A stretch of 64,000 nt of DNA from contig NC_088854.1 of assembly GCF_963853765.1 (NCBI RefSeq), positions 46,128,001 to 46,192,000 of the forward strand, read 5' to 3'. This document shows, piece after piece, positions 13,057-26,359 of the stretch. Position 1 is the stretch's first letter; each line of letters starts with the position of its first letter. Under the pieces are notes generated by a model, which had not been told where the DNA came from, made no database searches, and saw only the letters and a list, made by a program, of their open reading frames with translations. The position numbers and the translations under genes were made by a program. This stretch comes from Magallana gigas (taxonomy: Eukaryota).

Positions 13057-13381
13057 AAGAACAAACATTGGAGTGAGCAAGACCCGAGATAAAGCAATGA
13101 AGAAAAAGTTTTTACGAAGCCGGACTTTTGCTTCTAACCAACCAAAAACAAGCTTGATGAAAAAAAGAACTAAAACTGATATTGAAAATATAAGGATACA
13201 CAGAGAGAAGTCGGAGCCGTTGATTTCTAGTCCAAAATCGCCATTTCTTCAATTCCATGCATGGAATACAGTCCACTCTCGGAGGTCTGTTAGAAACAGC
13301 CCAAGTATTAGAAGGAAAGAAGATGAAAGCGCTGGGGCTTCCGACGAAACGTTTATGACGGAAAAGCCAAAATATGTGGAG
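13057..13381 (+). CDS. Candidate alternative exon B of CNBD gene 1 (phase 2 to 0)
   Basis: TGTTAG acceptor, 108 open Lys/Arg/Ser-rich codons, GAG|GTAATA donor, 325 bp. Confidence 0.55.
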
Positions 13382-13674
13382 GTAATAAAACAGTAGCTGA
13401 TAAAGTAGTTAAACTCTTCAAAATCGATAAACGTTAATTAGATAGATTCTAACAAATGAAATTGCGAACGATCAAACGGCTGTGTACCGTTCATCTCAGT
13501 GCTGTTAACTGTGGAGGATGCAAAGTAATTAGGATTTTAAAACAAGTTTGCTTGATTCCTATCTCTCAATGCCAAGTAATGAGTAAAGAGTACAAAGTCT
13601 TTGCAAGGGACTTTAAATAACCAAAAAATTATTTTAATTCTTTTGTGGCGTGTACTAATAATTGTTGCCTCTAT

Positions 13675-13688
13675 GTTGCCATGGTATA
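13675..13688. promoter_or_regulatory. RFX X-box-like motif
   Basis: GTTGCCATGGTATA, 11/14 match to the X-box palindrome. Confidence 0.3.
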
Positions 13689-15681
13689 CATGTACCTTTT
13701 ATATTGTACGGACATAAAAAATGCAGGAGTTATTATCATTTATAAGTTGACTCGTCTTTGCAATCAGTTGATTCGGATGTAGACAGGGTAGTACGACCCT
13801 TTGTCCTCCTTCAGAATCGAAGAACAATATCAACATATTTCAGAACTTAAATTTGAAATGTTTACTAAAGCTTTATTCAGGGCTCTTCATCCAAAGGAGA
13901 TTAATACAGTCTAATAATGACCCCGACCATTCAGCCCTAATTGGTCATTGAAATTGAAACCAATTATCAATATACCGTTCCTTAATTGCGTGGTACGTAC
14001 GTTCTATATTAATAATTCCTCGGAAAACACTGGTGGAAGGTGGCAAACGTTTAATCAAAGTTCTTGATCTAATGGATTTCATACATACATTCTTAAACAA
14101 TTTTGACTAATGATTACTCATATCTACACATGTAAGTGATGCGGATGATTAAAATTTAGAATTTTCTTGTATTTATCACATGCCATATTGTATAAACTGT
14201 AGAAGGCATAGGACTAATATTATTGGAATATTTAAGCATTTAACATTTCATCGTTCATAGCGGAAAGTCTTGGATTTAATAAAGTGCCGAAGCAATCGTT
14301 CTAGTAATCGAATGTTGACGATCTTCTAGATTATTGATAATACCTCTTGATATCTGTTACTAACAATCTGTTTATAAGTTTGATAATGGGAAGGAAGATT
14401 GGTCACCTTGAATTACAGTTTATTTGACACAATAAAACGTAAATCCCATGAACAGAATGAAGACTGACATCCCCCATTATGCGACAGCCTGGAGCTACCC
14501 CCAAGACAACGAATGCTTGATCAACAAAATGTTTTAATGCAGAATGAATTGCAACCTCGTAAACACCTAGTTATGCAACTGATATATTTATTTACCTCTT
14601 AGATAAATATTTCACGGGTTCTTCCACAAGAAATTCCTTTTATCTTGGAGACGAGAAAAATGCAATGACCAGCACGACAATGTGCAGGAGTAATGATAAC
14701 TGTGTGTGATAGTTACTCATTGCCACTCCTCCTCTAAGACAGAAAGGAAAATTAATCTCCTTGTTTTTTCTCCCATGGGACGGTATCAAGCTTAAAAGCG
14801 ATCGATTGAGCTTATACTTTATGTAATAGCAATGCCTCCTTTAGGCACCCACAACCTCAGAACTGACAGGGGTAACTACGCATTCAACAAAATTATCTTG
14901 AATACCCGATGCCCCAGGAATGAATGACGCTATGGGATGAATGTAGCATTAATATAAGAAAATCTATCGATAATTGTGTTAGTTTTATGTATGGGAGGCG
15001 ATTAAGTCACGGATCTGGACGGGTTCCGTCAGCGGTTCACAAAATCAGTAATAAATCTTGTAACACTTGGCGATTATTTAAATGTCGCTCAGATATATCT
15101 TGTCATGCGAATTGATTTAGATTTCCTAATAAATTACACAAATACCAATAATCACCCAAAAATTCGCCAGGAGTATGGATGTTGGACACCTAGTTAAAGA
15201 TTTACAGTCTCTGGTTACGGAGTTACACACAAAATAAATGGAGGCTGTTGAGCTCATCAGGAAAAGAGCCCATTCAAACGAGGAGAGGACCCTGAATTAA
15301 TCTTCGAGATGAACAACTGAAATTACACCGATGTGAGAATAAACACAGTCAACAAGGCTGGAGAAGAAGTCGCCACTTTTGTGAAGGCCACAACTGACTA
15401 AGAATTTGGACCAAATTTCGGAGATATAGCTGTAATTCTCCGTTGCCGAGGAGGTTTGGGTGACAATAAATACATATCTGCTCAATAAAACGAATTTTTC
15501 ATTTCGGGATTATTAGGAGACATGAAGATAACAACAGTTTTAATCAAGTTCTCTTTGTTGGACTTTCCCGTATTTGCCGATACCATGCAGAATTGATTTT
15601 GAAGTTTACTCACTCAATTGTGGGAGATAAGTGAGTTGATATTTTGTGGAACTGAAGTGCATCTCTAACGTATAATTGCAG

Positions 15682-16255
15682 ATTGTCATTGTTCAAACAT
15701 AATTATCCATTGTCTAACAATAAAATACCAATACTGACCGAGATGATTCCAACTCGAAAATTAATTGAAACAGCAAATGATGACGCCAGATTTTATAGGC
15801 GACGCTCGGACGCGCAGTTCGGAAGAAAATTCAGTGATGGTAACATTCTGTACTACGATTCAAAATTTAAAAAACGAACGTCATCTTTTTCGGACTATCC
15901 AAGAAGACTAAGTGTCAAATCAGACCAAGGCTTCCGGAAATTTAGCAGTGGCAGCATTGACGTGTTTTACCAAAGCAGACGATATAGTCGCGATGACGTC
16001 ATGGAGGCACCAGGATTTACAAAAAGTAAAGTTTACCCAATAACCGAGAGGAAAATATTAGAAAACGTGGATAGGCTTTATTTGTCGAAATCAAAACTGA
16101 TGAAGACTCGTTCAACAAACAACATCAACTTACCGCCATTGAATTTACGTTTACCAAAAACAACTCGTAAACCACAGAAACCCAATGGAAAGTCCCTGCG
16201 GAGGGTTAGGTCGGAAAATTATGTCATCCCACTTCCGTTTAAGAACAAGATTTTG
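15682..16255 (+). CDS. Candidate alternative exon C of CNBD gene 1 (phase 2 to 0)
   Basis: TTGCAG acceptor, 191 open codons in AT-rich DNA, TTG|GTAAGT donor, 574 bp. Confidence 0.65.
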
Positions 16256-17844
16256 GTAAGTTTGTATGGATTGTTTTTTTAGTAATAAAATGAGGCTTTG
16301 ACAATCAAAAAACATTACGATGTACAATCTGAGTCAGTGACTTTAGTATGGCAATGAACATCTACAGATGCATGCATGTGTTATTATGTGCATTTTACAT
16401 GCACTGTATGAGTGTAAATACAAGGTTACATCGAAAACATATCGTAAATTTTGTATTTTACACCCACCCAAAAAAATTTACAGTATGACATATATTTGTA
16501 AATTCCATGTGTCAAACTTAACAGGAATTTATCGTTATCAAATATTTTCATCAGCTTGAATAAAATGTCCATAACAGAAATTTATGCCTAATTTTATACT
16601 GTATATTTTGTTTTAATGCTTAACATTTTCCCATAAGGACTTTGAAAGACGTTTATAAAATGAACTGTAATGCTCGTGGTTGTGATAATTATCATCTATA
16701 AAATTCACCTCTATGCACTTTACGGTAAAAAAGTAAATGTTAAAAAAATGTAAAAAAAAAAAAAAAAAATTAAAAAAATAAATGTTAAATGTGTATGCAA
16801 AGAGGATGTGATATACATGATTCCCTAGCAGAAATATATGACAGTCATGTATTAAATCAATTTTTTTTGGATGTTTTCACCATTGCGGTTATTAAATTTT
16901 ATATGAAAAAGCAAAACAAACAAAAGCCTTACAGACGTAAAGGTTACATGCGCCTGACGTTGTAACTTTTTCTTTAAATTAAATATATTTATCCCCTAAA
17001 CCTAATAACACACCCTTTATAACGCCAGGTGCCTGAGCTACAGGTATATGTAGTAAACTGTATAGTTTTACATTGCTGTGTACTATTATGTATACAATAC
17101 TAGGGTACTTGTACTTTGTGTCTGCAAATTTTCACGTTTGTTGTGCCGTGTACAAGTTCTTTTCCATGGCCGGTCTGTTGTTTTATTTCCTTCTGTTGAC
17201 AGAGCACTCAATGTCTCTGTTACAAAACAACCTTATATTTCAATCACTGCAGGTTTCGGGTGTCATAAATCTCTCCTGCACTTTTAACGTAAGACAGTGA
17301 ATTACTTACGGTTATGAAAAGTCAGACAGATAGCTAATAAATACAAGAATTATTGTGGTTTTCATAAATTATCATGATCATTTCCATTATTTTGATCCCA
17401 ACGATTTGCACACAAAGAAATATTTCTTGAAAGACGATTTGCTTTCATTATTTACGAACCCCTTTGTATTTGATTTCTCCCGTTTAAAGATTGTATGAAG
17501 ATTTACTGTGCCTTAATGAAATAATGAAACTGTTTAATGGGGGTATTATAAGTGATTTCTGACTTTATTACGAGATGACAGGAGGGATATGTTTACACAG
17601 CTATAAAGACTTATGAATGGGGCATGGAGACAAAAGTACCTCCATTACTGAAGATCACAATTAAATCGACCGATTATTAGTGTTTAGTTTACTGTAGAGA
17701 TTCAAGTACCCGAGGCTCCTAACCGCCGACAATGGTTTAACTTTCACCATAGAGAAACCTTTGTACTAAAACCAGTCACAGAAGCTATTCGTTTCACTAA
17801 AATAATTTTGAGTCACAAGAAGTTGGGAACAGACAGGAAGAAAC

Positions 17845-18111
17845 ATGGACATACAGCAAAAGAATTCTATTAATTATCAAAAAGAAAAGACGGAAAAAAG
17901 TAATTTGCGAAGAAAAAGCAAAGAAATGCGACCTGATGCTTCCAATGGTGCCATCGTGTCTTCCAAGCCGAAACGAGGCTTGGCGCGAATTGCCAGGAGA
18001 AAAAGATGGGAACGAGTCTGTAGTCGAATATTAATGTGTAGAGTGTTCCTCTCTCCGAGTCTGAAGATTGCATCCAATGACCATGAGAGGGTTTCTAGAT
18101 TTACCGTTAGT
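17845..18111 (+). CDS. Candidate alternative first exon D of CNBD gene 1 (MDIQQKN...RRKRWERVCSRILMCRVF...FTVS, phase-0 donor)
   Basis: ATG plus 89 open codons and an AGT|GTGAGT donor. Confidence 0.55.
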
Positions 18112-20204
18112 GTGAGTAAATTCTTCATTTTTCCCATGGGAAGAATCCGATCTCTTGCCTATTCGTATAATTTATGTTTGTAGAAAGTTATTCACAGCTT
18201 TAGATCTCTGTTTAGAGTTATGTACATTCGTATGATGGAGTTGACAAGTGATATACCTTTGGAGTGCAGGTAAATTTATCGTTTTCTCCCCTCATCCCCC
18301 CAAAAAGGGAAAAGAGCTTTCGATAAGATAACGGAAGTCGCCTCTCCACGGCTTCAAAGCATTCCTGTGATCCAGGGTCAATGCAGATTACCTGTACATG
18401 AATTGTGTTTACCTGTTTTAATTTTCTAAGCAAAATCTCGTCTTGTCATGTGGCTTCCACGTTGAATTTATCATATCTGCGCTTTCAATCACAATAGCGT
18501 TGTCATTTTGGAACAATGTCGAAATTGAAAGGCGTTGATCTGGTAGAAACGCTTTGTTTGCACTGACCCCACCAGATAACAGAGTTTATATGATGTGATC
18601 AGACTAAACAGAAACAAGGCAAATGTCACCCTCTTTACCTGATTCATATTCCCCGCGCCCAGCCACCATGCCCTGCTGCTTTCTACATCAGAAGGTAAGA
18701 CCAGGGTTTTTCTGCTGCATAGAAATTTTGACAATTACGTGATGTATTTCAAACGAAGTTTAAAAAAAGATGAGAGTATTAAAACAGCGAGATCAAAAGA
18801 AGCAATTGATTCAGTCGTCTCTAAAGAATTGATTCTTTTTTCTTTACAATCGGTCTTGATTTTTCATATGCTTTTTTATTTTAATTTCAATTTCTTTTGT
18901 AAAAGGGAAAGAGTATCAAATGCAATACTTTATCTGTTTTTTTTTATTAGATTATTTTTCTTTCAGTTTCTTGTATTTTCATTTGCTTTGCCTCGCTTGT
19001 TAATTTTTTTATATTCCCCTATTTTGGAGAAAATGGTAAATAATGAATAAAGCTTAATGCTGGAACAGTTAATCAAAATCTGATGTGTAATTGCTGTTGT
19101 GTATTTTAATATTTCAAATTTAATATACTGCCAAGGTAAAAGTACCAATGCTGTCAGCAAAATATGGTAAAATTTGTCGTCGATAAAATCAATTTTTAAA
19201 TATTAAAAGCCCTATAGCAAGGTCTGCAATAGACATGTCGTGTATCATATTTCAATTTACTGCAAGGATGTCATCAATATTAGGTTAACTAGACAAAAGT
19301 TTCCCTCTTAAAGTTTGTGGTGTTTATCATAAACATTTTGGAATATTCTGCCTCAATAAGATCATAAATATTGAGGAAATGATTAGATTTCTTTTACAAT
19401 ACAATGTACCTTATACTTAACGGGCGACGTTATATGCTTACAAAATGTTACACTTTGTGTTTTGTAACGAACGTGCATAGGCCCACAGCACATAAAATTG
19501 AAGTTGTAAATCACACACAAGTTGACCAACTTCATATCTATTTACTTAGTTGCAAATTTTGGGTCGCACGCTTCAACGTTTAACATAATTAAAAAGTTGA
19601 AGAAGTAGCATATTGCTGTCGGTGTAATTCGATAAATATCATATTCATCAAAGAATTTTGCTGTTATGTGTTATTTTAGTTTGGTGGTCTTCTTGCATTC
19701 ATTGGGCTTAGCTACTGAGAAGCCCAGCGATAATTTGTATAGCCTACTAGATTCATTGGAGTAATTGTGGGCTTTGAAATGAAATGTCAATATAGCAAAG
19801 AATATTCATTGAATAGTGAAATAGAATAAATCTATTTCATTTATCCAATTTTGTAAAAAAGACTAAGGCTTCTTTTTTTGTATAGAAGCTAGTTACGAGA
19901 GATACTACTGGGCAACTTTGATAGATAGTAGTCAGTCTCCATGGAAGGCTGTCGGAGAAAGAATAGACCAAAGCACTAGTGGAATATTAATATTTGAAGT
20001 TTTCTACACACACAAACACCCTGTTACCGCACCTGTCGACTTTAATTTTGCTGGACACAAAAACTTATTTTGATAATGGAGTTAAAAGGTTCTTTAGTGT
20101 TTTGTCAAGCTTAAAAACATCTGGTGTCTTTACGTTGGTGAGTAACGCTGAGTGAGGTTTTTGCATGGAGGAACTCTTAGACGTTGAAAAGAAAGGGATT
20201 AATC

Positions 20205-20624
20205 ATGGATCTGTTCGAACGAATTTTATCATCTCCCAAGGACTACCCAATCCCTCCCCTCAAAATAAAAGAAAAAATCAACAACATGTACACAGCATAC
20301 AGTCTTGATGGTTCATCCGGACCGATGGATCACAACTTCCTAAAGGAGCCCGAAGAGAACCACTCGGCCGTAAAAAGGAGATACAGGAAGCGTAACTATA
20401 TAGCATCTCCAAATTTGCGGAAACCTAGGCTTGAACCAATACGGTTCTTTCATATTCCTGAGAATTTGCAGTGGATATATGATAGGGCGAAAGAAAAGCA
20501 GTCGGTGAAAGATGCTCTAAGAAAGCGGCGATTTAAGAGGAAAAAAGAGAAAACGATAGAGACAGTCGTAATACAAGTGATAGAGATTCCAGAACCCGAC
20601 TTAACTCCCAGAAATGTTGTTGAG
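20205..20624 (+). CDS. Candidate alternative first exon E of CNBD gene 1 (MDLFERILSS...TPRNVVE, phase-0 donor)
   Basis: ATG plus 140 open codons and a GAG|GTAAAG donor, in frame with the exon at 20951. A phase-0 acceptor at 20181 is also possible. Confidence 0.65.
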
Positions 20625-20950
20625 GTAAAGAAAGAAGGAATGGTGTTAGTACTAGGACACTTCATGTAGAAAGCATAATTAGTGTACGATTTTTTTCCCA
20701 GTAGAAGGCTGTTGTACAAACCGAGGTACAAGATTATGGTACAAACTGTGATACTGAATGTTGTACAAACTGTGTACGAGTGGAACAAACTTTAGTAAGA
20801 CTTGTACAAACTCTAGTACATTGCACGAGATTGGTGTACAAATTGTATTACGAGAAACAAGTTGCAGTACGAGGCTGTTGTAAAATTCGTAACAATTGTT
20901 ATTCTATTTTTGGTTCGTTAGATAATTGTATTTTTTTTATTTGCTTGCAG

Positions 20951-23900
20951 CCACTGGTCAGATTCAGGCGTGCCGTGAAGACGATACAAGTTTTATTGAA
21001 GGCGACCCTCACCAACTCACAGGGCCAGCGCCATGATCTCCTCTCCTGGGCACACCAAGACACCAGCTCTTCAAAGAGGGAGTACGAGATGTTTGGTCTC
21101 ACCTTTGACCCCGGGGACTTCAGAGCCAAAAAGGAGGTAGAATTCATGTAATAGTACACATATTGTAAATTCTAAAGAAAACCGTTTAAGGACAATAACA
21201 ATTCGGACAGTGGAATTGCTAAGTGAAGTTGTTCCTGTGAATTCCATCGTCAAAAAAGCTAGAAATACGTTAATCTTACTTATCTTTCTTTTTAATTACA
21301 GACTATATTAAGTAATGAAGCAAAAGCTATTTTATCAATGGAGCCTGAACGAAGGACCGAGGAACAACTAAAGGTGGCGCTGCTAGCGCTGAATCAGGCA
21401 GTGGAGGCGTTCAGCGAGTTCCCGATCACCATGCAGAAGTCGCTCGTGAGGGTCGGCTGGTATGAACAGTGAGTAAACGTAGATTGTCTCTGATCCACAA
21501 CAAAGGCTGCTCATCTATTTAAAATACCACTTCCTTTGTCAGTTTGTCAACATAAAGGTTGAACACGGTGATTGGTTTATTGAAATCTTTTCATAAGTGT
21601 TTATAAAAGGATTCCAGAGAAATAATAATGCGAGATTCGTTTATAGCTTCTCGTTTTATCGTTAAGCAAACAAACGGATTTTTAATTATTTCCCTGTGTT
21701 TAAACAGACATCAGTAACGCGTTTGCGATGAAGAAATGTCATCATTGCATAATGTTTGAATGGCAGTATATCACGATACTCCTTTGAACATGCCCATTCT
21801 CTTTTGTTACAGTTTTGAAGACAAACGAGTCATCATAAGACAGGGTCACATGGCAGACAATTTTTACTTCATATTATCTGGGACAGGTACACATTCTTAA
21901 TATCAATGAGTACTCCATTAATACTTACCAATGTATGTGGTGTTTTGGTAATAAGGAACCAGTGTAAATACTTTTGAAGTAGGATAAAAAATAATATTTA
22001 GGAACGTGCATTTATCATATACGAAATGAAAATCATTTTCAAAAATCAAGACCTTCATTCTCATTTTTTAAACTTCGGAGCATTAAATCAGGAAAAAAAA
22101 TATTTTAAAAATATCATTTTGCAAGCTATTTTATTTATCCTAGATAGATGAACGCATTTTTTGAAGCTTTTGAAAAACCAATGCATGTGGTATGGTAGTA
22201 ATAAAAAACTTATGTTCTTACTTTTGAACTAGGAAAAGAATTAATATTTAGGAACGTACATAACTATACGAAATCAAAATCAGTAAATAAAAAAAATTCC
22301 AAGCTGTTTTTTTTTTTATCTTGAAGAAGAAATATACACATGACATCTTTAACGTTTACTTGTAGCCGTTGTCACCATCCTACAGACTGACCCTGAGTCG
22401 GGGGACCAGGTGGTACGAACCGCCGCTGTCCTCAAAAAGGGGAACAGTTTTGGGGTAAGTACATATCGTTATTACAATTATATATATTCGTAGACAATTT
22501 TGTAAACTGAAATATTAAAGATATTTTTACTGCATACTTAGGAAGAGTTTGATTTTTTTTTAAAATAGCATTAAAAAAAACAAATGCTGATTTGAATCGA
22601 TGACAGTATATTCGAAACCATTATATTTGTGGCCACGCCTGTCGTGATACAGGTCTCTATCAATTAATCTATCATCTACTTCTAAGGTCTTACCAAAATA
22701 CTTTCAACTTACGCTTCTATAAACGAGTGATTTGCAAACGATCCGTTGCTATCATTGTCACATGCCGCAGCCAAATGATATCGGTATGCTGACAATGGGC
22801 CTTGGCTTGAAACGACGGTTTATCATCGCGAACAGAACGAAAAAAAACCCAACAAACTGAACAATATATAACTTAATTAACTGTACTAGTCATCGTAGTA
22901 TTTCTATGAAACAGTATTTGAGTTTTACTATTTGATAATTTGTCAGAGAAAGGACGTAACATTTTTTTTTATCATAAGAAAAATGACGTTCTGGTTCACA
23001 CCATTTATTATATCTGGTGATGTCGCATCAGATCTCGCATTTATAAAGAGACCTTGAAAATATATGTATTTTTCATTGATGGGTTGAATGATAAAAGAAC
23101 AATTTAAAATGTCATTGTTAGGATCAAATGAAATTAAGACGGAGAATGTCAGATGTCGTAACATCAAAGACACGCAAATATCTGATTTATAAGAAGGTGA
23201 ATTAAAGTTCAATAACACATCTATTGGTTTTTAAAACATTTTAAACAAGTCACAGAAGAATCATTGAGAGTAAATTAAGATTTCAATACAATAGTCTAGT
23301 TCCGTTTATGAGGTCGGTGCGATATACCGTCGCCGGGCGTTATTTACAATAAGGAACATTTTACGATGACAGTTTTAATTACCACTTGTAAAAGAGTTTT
23401 CTTGGCCGCTATTGATGAACAGTATTAGAACCCTGCCTATCATCCGGTATGCTGTGTATAGAATAAAGTATCTACGCATAATGCTGCTTATTTGCGTTTC
23501 AATATCATTTGAAAGCAAATGCCACATGCAGAGCAAGATTTGCATTGTTACTAAGATTTTCTGGAGTTACCGTGGAAGACGAAAAAGATTGCTGCTTTAA
23601 GCCTATCGATCAAAACGATTGATTGAGCACACCTCTACTTGCAGGAACTGGCGCTTATGCACGCTGCTAAACGGAGCGCCACTGTCACTTGCAAGAACAG
23701 CGTGGAACTTTTAGCAGTAGGACGTGAGGATTTCGTGGATATATTCATGCCCATGGATAAAGACCAAGAGCCGGAGCACATCCGCTTCCTACGGACAGTT
23801 CAACTCCTGAAAGGCTGGCCCATCGAACGGCTTCCGTATCACGACCCCAAGATCTGTTGCTTCACTTATTTCAGGTTTGTATTGTATGTGGGTCAAGGAT

Positions 23901-24243
23901 CATGGAACAATCTTTATAGATTCAAATAAAAATTTCAATTACTAGTAATCATAAATGCTTTCTGAGCATAAACTGATTCTTAAAATGTGCAGTTAAAAGA
24001 ATTGAATATTTATAATATCTATAGCAATATTTGAAATTTTAATGAATATTTGTTTTTGTAATGATAAACTTTTTAGACAAGGTAAAAATTGTGATTAATT
24101 GAAGTCTAAAGACGGCTTTAAAATTCTGGGAGCAGGTTAACGACAAGTTAATTTTCGATTGGACATGAAGCATTGATATTTTTTCAATGAATATTGTTGA
24201 AACTTGTCATTCGTTTCATTCCATTTTTAGGCATATATTAAAA

Positions 24244-24292
<49 letters not shown>

Positions 24293-26324
24293 CAAAAGTC
24301 ATGTAAGTACCGCAGTTGTTCTCTCTAACCTCTAACGAACGTACCCACAAAACCATAAAGAAATAAATAGCGTGACCATATTTATTTACAGAAGGGGCCT
24401 CCTGCTGTGTAAGGACAGTAACATCAGTGAGTGGGTCTATATCATCAAGACAGGATCCTGTAGAGTACTCAAATCACTCCATTCAGCTAAACCGAATATA
24501 CCAGGACTGCCAGCCAATCAACAAATAGCTAAGTCCCTGTTACGTAAGTGAAACCATCAATAAGCATGCAAATTTTATCGCAGGGTTCTAGTAAAATACT
24601 TGTTTTAAACACTGTTCTCTCGGCGTTGGTATAAGTCATGTATTATTCAAGGCACTTGAGCTTCATGATTGATTTACCAGTGAAAAGTTGATTGTACACT
24701 TGTGACGTCATAAATTACAAAATATTTACTGATTGTTAGTTAATTTTACATAAATTATTTATTAAAAGATTAACTAATTTTTTAAAACAATAAGACAAAA
24801 CCTATAACTCCGAAACAAAAACCATTTAATGAACATAAGAATGATTATTTTTGAAACATAATATATACAAACCAGACGATGTTAAGAATTTTAGTTTACT
24901 GTCGTTTGTTTTACGTACATTTTATGAGCGGTGAATTTAAATGAAAGTTGCAGAAAATCCTTTTAACATAATTTCATTTGCACCACGATAATGATAAATT
25001 TCAATCTCAAACTTGCAAAAGCATTTAATTTTTTGGACTTTACAAAATATCAAAGCAACACAGAATTCAATAATTACCGCCTTTATAAATAAACAGACGC
25101 ATCAAAGCGGAAACCTATTGGATTTCGCAAACAGACAATTTTGATTATATTAGTTTCAATAACATTTTACGCGAAACACGGTAAAAAATCAATCCGTCTG
25201 CAACTGTTAGATAATTTGGCATATCAATAATAATCATAATGAAAAGATTAATCAATAGTTTCATATTTTCAATGAGTTTGTTTTATCTTAGATGAAAAAA
25301 GAGCCAAAGAAAACTGGATTCTGAAGTTTTTTTTATCAATACACACACGAGTTTTTTTTTCACTCTTATCTTATTTTAACTGTTATTTTTGGGAGTTGAT
25401 TTTAATCAACTTTCCTATGCAGTTTCTCTGGCAAACCGGAAATGAAACAGTGTTTGGACCTCAAGACAAATCACCACCGCTGACAAGACTTCGTACTTAA
25501 AATAATATAGATTTTCAATCAGGGCTTAATTGACCCTTTTTGGTACAGGGTCCTGTACCCTTTCAATTGGGAATTTTTCGTCGAAATATTGTTTTTTTGG
25601 GAAAAATATTTAAACAAATATGGCTAAATCTAGTTAGCAAAAAAACCCAAAAATTCTATACAGATTTCTTAGTTTCTAACTGCATATTACATATATAATC
25701 ATTAAATTAATGTTTGCATCATAATAAAACACAATTAACAGAACATTCAGATATTTTAATTGACATACATAAGGATGTCTCACTTAGCAGTTACAAATTC
25801 AGCATCCTATATCTTTTATAGCACAATACGACACAGTTACTTTATTGAGAATTTATCAATTAGATTTTGGAAAAAACAGTCAATTTTCCATTAGGAGTGG
25901 GTCCTTTTACAAGACCTGCATGCAAGAAATATTATGCCCTGTCAATTAATGTATCCAGAAGCATTGCTCTTCAAGGAAACTTATTCATAAATACCTTGAA
26001 AATAGTCAGATTTTAAATGGTACGAACAATTTAGATATTTTTGTGGTCTTATGTATTTCTACGCCAGAGTTCAATATTGCTTGGATACAATTATTTAGAC
26101 ATATTTCGATTACAGATACGAATTTGATGGCGTTTATTCAGTCTTTAAATATTACACACCAAGATTCATGTGGGGTTTTCCGTTTTTCCGTCTATACATG
26201 TAGCTCGGAATTGCATTGGAAAAGTCCGAAAATTCATATTAGAACTACGTGTATTATACCAAATTGTCCAGATATTTTGTATTATGACTCCGTGAAGCTG
26301 ATTTAATTATGCCTATTGTTGCTG

Positions 26325-26359
<35 letters not shown>

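Noticed and set aside
21930-22330. Diverged direct duplication of about 250 bp in an intron (similar small duplications at 36986-37065 and 61505-61620)
   Set aside because: Real but old, with no termini or structure; ordinary intronic slippage.
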